Of a DNA stretch of 40,822 bases, positions 37,507 to 40,822 are shown piece by piece. The stretch's first letter is position 1; each line of letters opens with the position of its first letter. The DNA is taken from the IMG/VR virus record IMGVR_UViG_3300026123_000009, positions 1 to 40,822 of that record. The stretch is one strand, 5' to 3'. This DNA is from a virus. Taxonomy: Duplodnaviria; Caudoviricetes. A program made the translations under genes and the position numbers. Under the pieces are notes generated by a model. That model had not been told where the DNA came from, ran no database searches, and saw only the letters and a program-made list of their open reading frames with translations.

Positions 37507-39309
37507 ATGCAAAATAAAACAGGATATATATTAGGTATTTCTAGAGGACATAACTCAGGTGTATGTCTTCTAAAGGATGGCGAAATTGTTTTCGCTATCG
37601 AAGAAGAACGTCTAAGTCGTCAAAAATATGATGGTTCGCCATTAGCTGCAATGAAAAAGGTATTAGATTATACTAATAAAGTTGATGCTATGGTCGTTGT
37701 TCATACACAATCTATTGATGGTATGGCTGCTAAAATAGAATACACTGGCGACGACATGTACACGGGTTACGCTCGTAAACTCGGTCTTATTGATAGAAAG
37801 ACAGATCTGAGAAATCACTATCAAGTACACGATTTTAGCAAACGCCATCATACTGCGCATGCTGCACTAGCATTTTATCATTCAGGTTTTGAAGATGCAG
37901 TAGCTGTCGTGGCAGATGGTGCTGGCTCTTGCTTCTTTTTAAATAGTGGCGAAGATGTTTGGGAAGTTGAATCGATCTATGATTGTTCATACAAGGACGG
38001 TATTACTGCCGTGTTTAAGCATATGGGTTCAAGGCATCCAATTCCAACTGGTCTTCAACCAGATGCACCCGGTGGTTTGATTGATCAAGAAAAACCTTTT
38101 ATGAACCTAGTTTCAGATCATGCAGGTATTACTAAATCATACGAAGCGGTTACTGAATATTGCGGATTTAGTGCCATTGAAGCTGGTAAAACAATGGGTC
38201 TATTTCCATACGGAAAGCCAAGTAATAAGCTTCCATCACTTATGGATACTGATTCGAAGTTTATGTTGACTAATCGTAATACTATCGTTCCCACTTATCC
38301 AAATAGTGCAATCTTTAACGCCGGAATTTATGATTATTTCGATACTCTTCCACAACCGGGTCAAGACTTGACATTAATGGAAAATCGTCGTGATGCCGCT
38401 TATTGGATTCAACAAGAAACTCAACAAGCAATGCTAAACTACATTTTAACTGCATGTGAAATGACCGGTAAAAAGAAAGTTGTTCTTTCTGGCGGATATG
38501 GTCTAAACTGTGTAGCTAACTACTGGTATTTGACTGAATTGAATAAACGTGGTATTGAATTGTATGTTGAACCTATTTCTAATGATGGTGGTACTGCTAT
38601 AGGTGCGGCACTTCTTTATTACTACGAAACAAGTAAAGACACAACTCCTCGCCAGCGTCAAGGTTCATTGTACCTAGGACCAAAATATGATTACACAAAC
38701 GACGATTTCGTTAAAGCAAACGAAAAATATAAAAATGCTGAAATCACTGATAACGTAGAATATGCCGATATTATTAAACTTCTAAGATCTAAAAATATCG
38801 TTACAATGTATCAAGGTCGTTGTGAAAATGGTCCGCGCGCATTAGGCAACCGTTCAATTCTATTTGATCCAACGTTCAAAGATGGTAAAGATTATGTCAA
38901 TATGGTTAAACGCCGTGAGTATTTCCGTCCATTTGCAGCTTCAGTTCTTGAAGAAGATGCTAAAGAATGGTTTGATTTGCGAGGAATGGACAAAACACCG
39001 CATATGATGTACGCAGTAAATTGCCAAGAAGGTGTTGCTGAAAAGGTTCCTTCAGTAATCCATGAAGATGGAACTTGTCGTATTCAAACAGTTTCTAAAG
39101 AAGAAAATAAAGTTTATTATGAACTTATTTCAGAATTTAAGAAAGAAACTGGTGTTCCACTTCTTTTCAATACGTCATTCAACCTTGGTGGTGAACCCCT
39201 AGTTGAAACATTGGAAGATGCGTTCTGGACTCTTGACCAATCAGACCTTGAATATTGCTACTTCCCAGAATATAAGAAATTGGTAAAAATACCTAACACA
39301 CAAAAATAA
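37507..39309 (+). CDS. O-carbamoyltransferase, NodU/CmcH/TobZ family (600 aa)
   Basis: EEERLSR.K, HH.AHA, DG.G, GKTMGL.PYG, LSGG..LNCVAN, D.G.AIGAA, E.GPRALGNRS, RE.FRPFA, DGT.RIQTV, NTSFN..GEP. Confidence 0.95.
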   Translation: MQNKTGYILGISRGHNSGVCLLKDGEIVFAIEEERLSRQKYDGSPLAAMKKVLDYTNKVDAMVVVHTQSIDGMAAKIEYTGDDMYTGYARKLGLIDRKTDLRNHYQVHDFSKRHHTAHAALAFYHSGFEDAVAVVADGAGSCFFLNSGEDVWEVESIYDCSYKDGITAVFKHMGSRHPIPTGLQPDAPGGLIDQEKPFMNLVSDHAGITKSYEAVTEYCGFSAIEAGKTMGLFPYGKPSNKLPSLMDTDSKFMLTNRNTIVPTYPNSAIFNAGIYDYFDTLPQPGQDLTLMENRRDAAYWIQQETQQAMLNYILTACEMTGKKKVVLSGGYGLNCVANYWYLTELNKRGIELYVEPISNDGGTAIGAALLYYYETSKDTTPRQRQGSLYLGPKYDYTNDDFVKANEKYKNAEITDNVEYADIIKLLRSKNIVTMYQGRCENGPRALGNRSILFDPTFKDGKDYVNMVKRREYFRPFAASVLEEDAKEWFDLRGMDKTPHMMYAVNCQEGVAEKVPSVIHEDGTCRIQTVSKEENKVYYELISEFKKETGVPLLFNTSFNLGGEPLVETLEDAFWTLDQSDLEYCYFPEYKKLVKIPNTQK

Positions 39310-39329
39310 TAAAATCACCTCCCCTACTT

Positions 39330-39356
39330 AACCCCGGTTTTTACCGGGGTTTTTTT
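39330..39356 (+). terminator. Rho-independent terminator
   Basis: AACCCCGGT-TTTT-ACCGGGGTT followed by T-run. Confidence 0.92.
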
Positions 39357-39415
39357 GTTACAAATATGATAATTGTGACAAAAATGTCAAATAATACTTA
39401 ATTTTTGCACACTTT

Positions 39416-39423
39416 TATAAATA
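39416..39423 (+). promoter_or_regulatory. T4 late promoter TATAAATA
   Basis: Exact consensus, intergenic, 64 bp before ATG 39487. Confidence 0.6.
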
Positions 39424-39486
39424 CATTTGGATATTGAGTAATAATTCAAGTGGGATGAACTTGGCCATTTGGTTAGGAGGGCAAAA

Positions 39487-40551
39487 ATGAAGTTTAGAAC
39501 TATACCAATAGTGATGTTATTGGGGTTTTCTATACAAGGCAATGCCGAAGTAATAGAAACTAATAATACTAACACTAATACGACAACAGTGAATAGTACT
39601 ACGAATAACACGAACACATCTACTAATACTAATATGAGTACTAGTACAAGCACGGCAACAAACACTAATACGAACGTTAATACGACGACATTAGACAGTA
39701 CGACGAATAATACAAATATTAATACTAACACAAATACATCAACAAGTACAAATGTTAATACTAATAATAACATATTAAGCGGCGGCACAAATAACACTAA
39801 TGTGAATACAAGTACTATTACAAGCGATAATACGAACGTAAACACTAACACGAATGTTAATACTTCGACTAGTAATAATACGAATGTAAACACTAATAAT
39901 AACACGAGTACTATCACAAGTGATAATACAAACAATAACGTTAATACTAATAATACTACCGTTAACGAAAACAGTGTTATAAATCAGACAGTTAACAGTT
40001 CGAATACAAATAATTCTAACATTAACAGCAATAACAATAATGTTAACACGAATACTAACACTAATGTTAATAATTCTACATCAGATAATACTAACACCAA
40101 CATCAACAGAAACGAAAGTACGGTAACACAAAGAATTGAGTCGCCTCCACCGTCAGCGATTGCTCCTAGCATCAACACTAGCAATAGTGACATTTGTGCA
40201 GTTGGTGTAAGTGGCGCAGTACAGAGCCAAATCTTAGGTATTGCAGGTGGTGCTACTTATAGAGATATGAATTGTGAAAGACTTAAACTGTCTAAAACAT
40301 TATATGATATGGGTATGAAAGTTGCTGCCGTATCAACGTTATGTCAAGACGAAAGAGTTTTTAATGCTATGAAAATGGCTGGCACACCTTGCCCTTATGA
40401 GGGCGCTATTGGTGCAGAAGCATCTAAATTATGGGAAGAAAATCCTGAAGAATCACCTATAGCCAAAGCAGAAGAGGAAAAACGTAATGACACACTTAGT
40501 GGTTGGTTCATGGGTATGGGCAGCGCTGCTTTATTATTGCTTCTTCTTTAA
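39487..40551 (+). CDS. Exported Asn/Thr-rich protein with conserved Cys-containing domain and C-terminal membrane anchor (354 aa)
   Basis: AGGAGG SD before ATG 39487; signal peptide (MKFRT...GNA|E); ~195-aa N/T tract; SPPPSAIAP..C..G.SGAVQ..D.NCERLKL..L...GMKVAAV..LCQD..AGTPCP domain; hydrophobic end. Confidence 0.85.
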   Translation: MKFRTIPIVMLLGFSIQGNAEVIETNNTNTNTTTVNSTTNNTNTSTNTNMSTSTSTATNTNTNVNTTTLDSTTNNTNINTNTNTSTSTNVNTNNNILSGGTNNTNVNTSTITSDNTNVNTNTNVNTSTSNNTNVNTNNNTSTITSDNTNNNVNTNNTTVNENSVINQTVNSSNTNNSNINSNNNNVNTNTNTNVNNSTSDNTNTNINRNESTVTQRIESPPPSAIAPSINTSNSDICAVGVSGAVQSQILGIAGGATYRDMNCERLKLSKTLYDMGMKVAAVSTLCQDERVFNAMKMAGTPCPYEGAIGAEASKLWEENPEESPIAKAEEEKRNDTLSGWFMGMGSAALLLLLL

Positions 40552-40822
40552 TCAAGCGCAGGCGATAGCACTAACGCAAGATACTGTTGCCGCGCCAGTC
40601 GTAGAAGAGACGGGTGACATTCTCGGTAACTCCTCAAGCGATTGGTCAGGCACTAAGACGCAATGTGTTTCTTCAGATTGTTGGGCTGGCACAACGGGCG
40701 GTGAGTCTCCATCCTTTAACGCGTCTGGTGTTATTCGTTGGGGTTATGGTGGTGGAACATTAGAACAGAACATTGCTATTGCGTCAATTCTTGCTTCTAA
40801 CACCGGTATATCTGTTGAAGGA
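40487..40822 (+). CDS. Exported hypothetical protein, truncated by window end (MTHLVVGSWVWAALLYYCFFFNQAQA...)
   Basis: GAGGA SD; frame open for 112 codons to the end of the window; signal-peptide-like start ending AQA; not in ORF track. Confidence 0.7.
   Translation, partial: MTHLVVGSWVWAALLYYCFFFNQAQAIALTQDTVAAPVVEETGDILGNSSSDWSGTKTQCVSSDCWAGTTGGESPSFNASGVIRWGYGGGTLEQNIAIASILASNTGISVEG

Noticed and set aside
39387-40193. Val/Leu-rich minus-strand ORFs (182 aa and 69 aa) that look like membrane proteins
   Set aside because: Antisense shadow of the AAT/ACT-rich tract of ORF 39487

Overview
The whole window is part of a large, AT-rich T4-superfamily (myovirus) phage genome; no bacterial housekeeping genes, RNA genes, CRISPR arrays or integrase were recognised. 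Left end (1-4.9 kb): two near-identical T4-type early promoters driving small ORFs, then a phage-encoded GroEL of Campylobacterota type with GroES, a probable small terminase and small conserved phage proteins. 4.9-12.7 kb: T4 virion core genes in scrambled order (gp13 neck, gp18 sheath, gp20 portal, gp14 neck, gp4 head completion), punctuated by TATAAATA late promoters and rho-independent terminators. 12.7-39.3 kb: a long + strand tail-appendage region with repeat-rich fibre proteins, a second divergent tail sheath, a Cys/Trp-rich protein + chaperone + flavin-dependent halogenase triad, and three tandem paralogous cassettes (Cys/Gly-rich adhesin-like protein + acidic partner) followed by a GT9-like glycosyltransferase and a NodU/CmcH carbamoyltransferase. 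The best candidate for an undescribed system is this pairing of Cys-rich tail-tip proteins with tailoring enzymes, i.e. a possible virion-protein modification pathway. A multi-stem structured leader upstream of the sheath gene is a second candidate. All family assignments come from motif recognition by eye; no searches were run.
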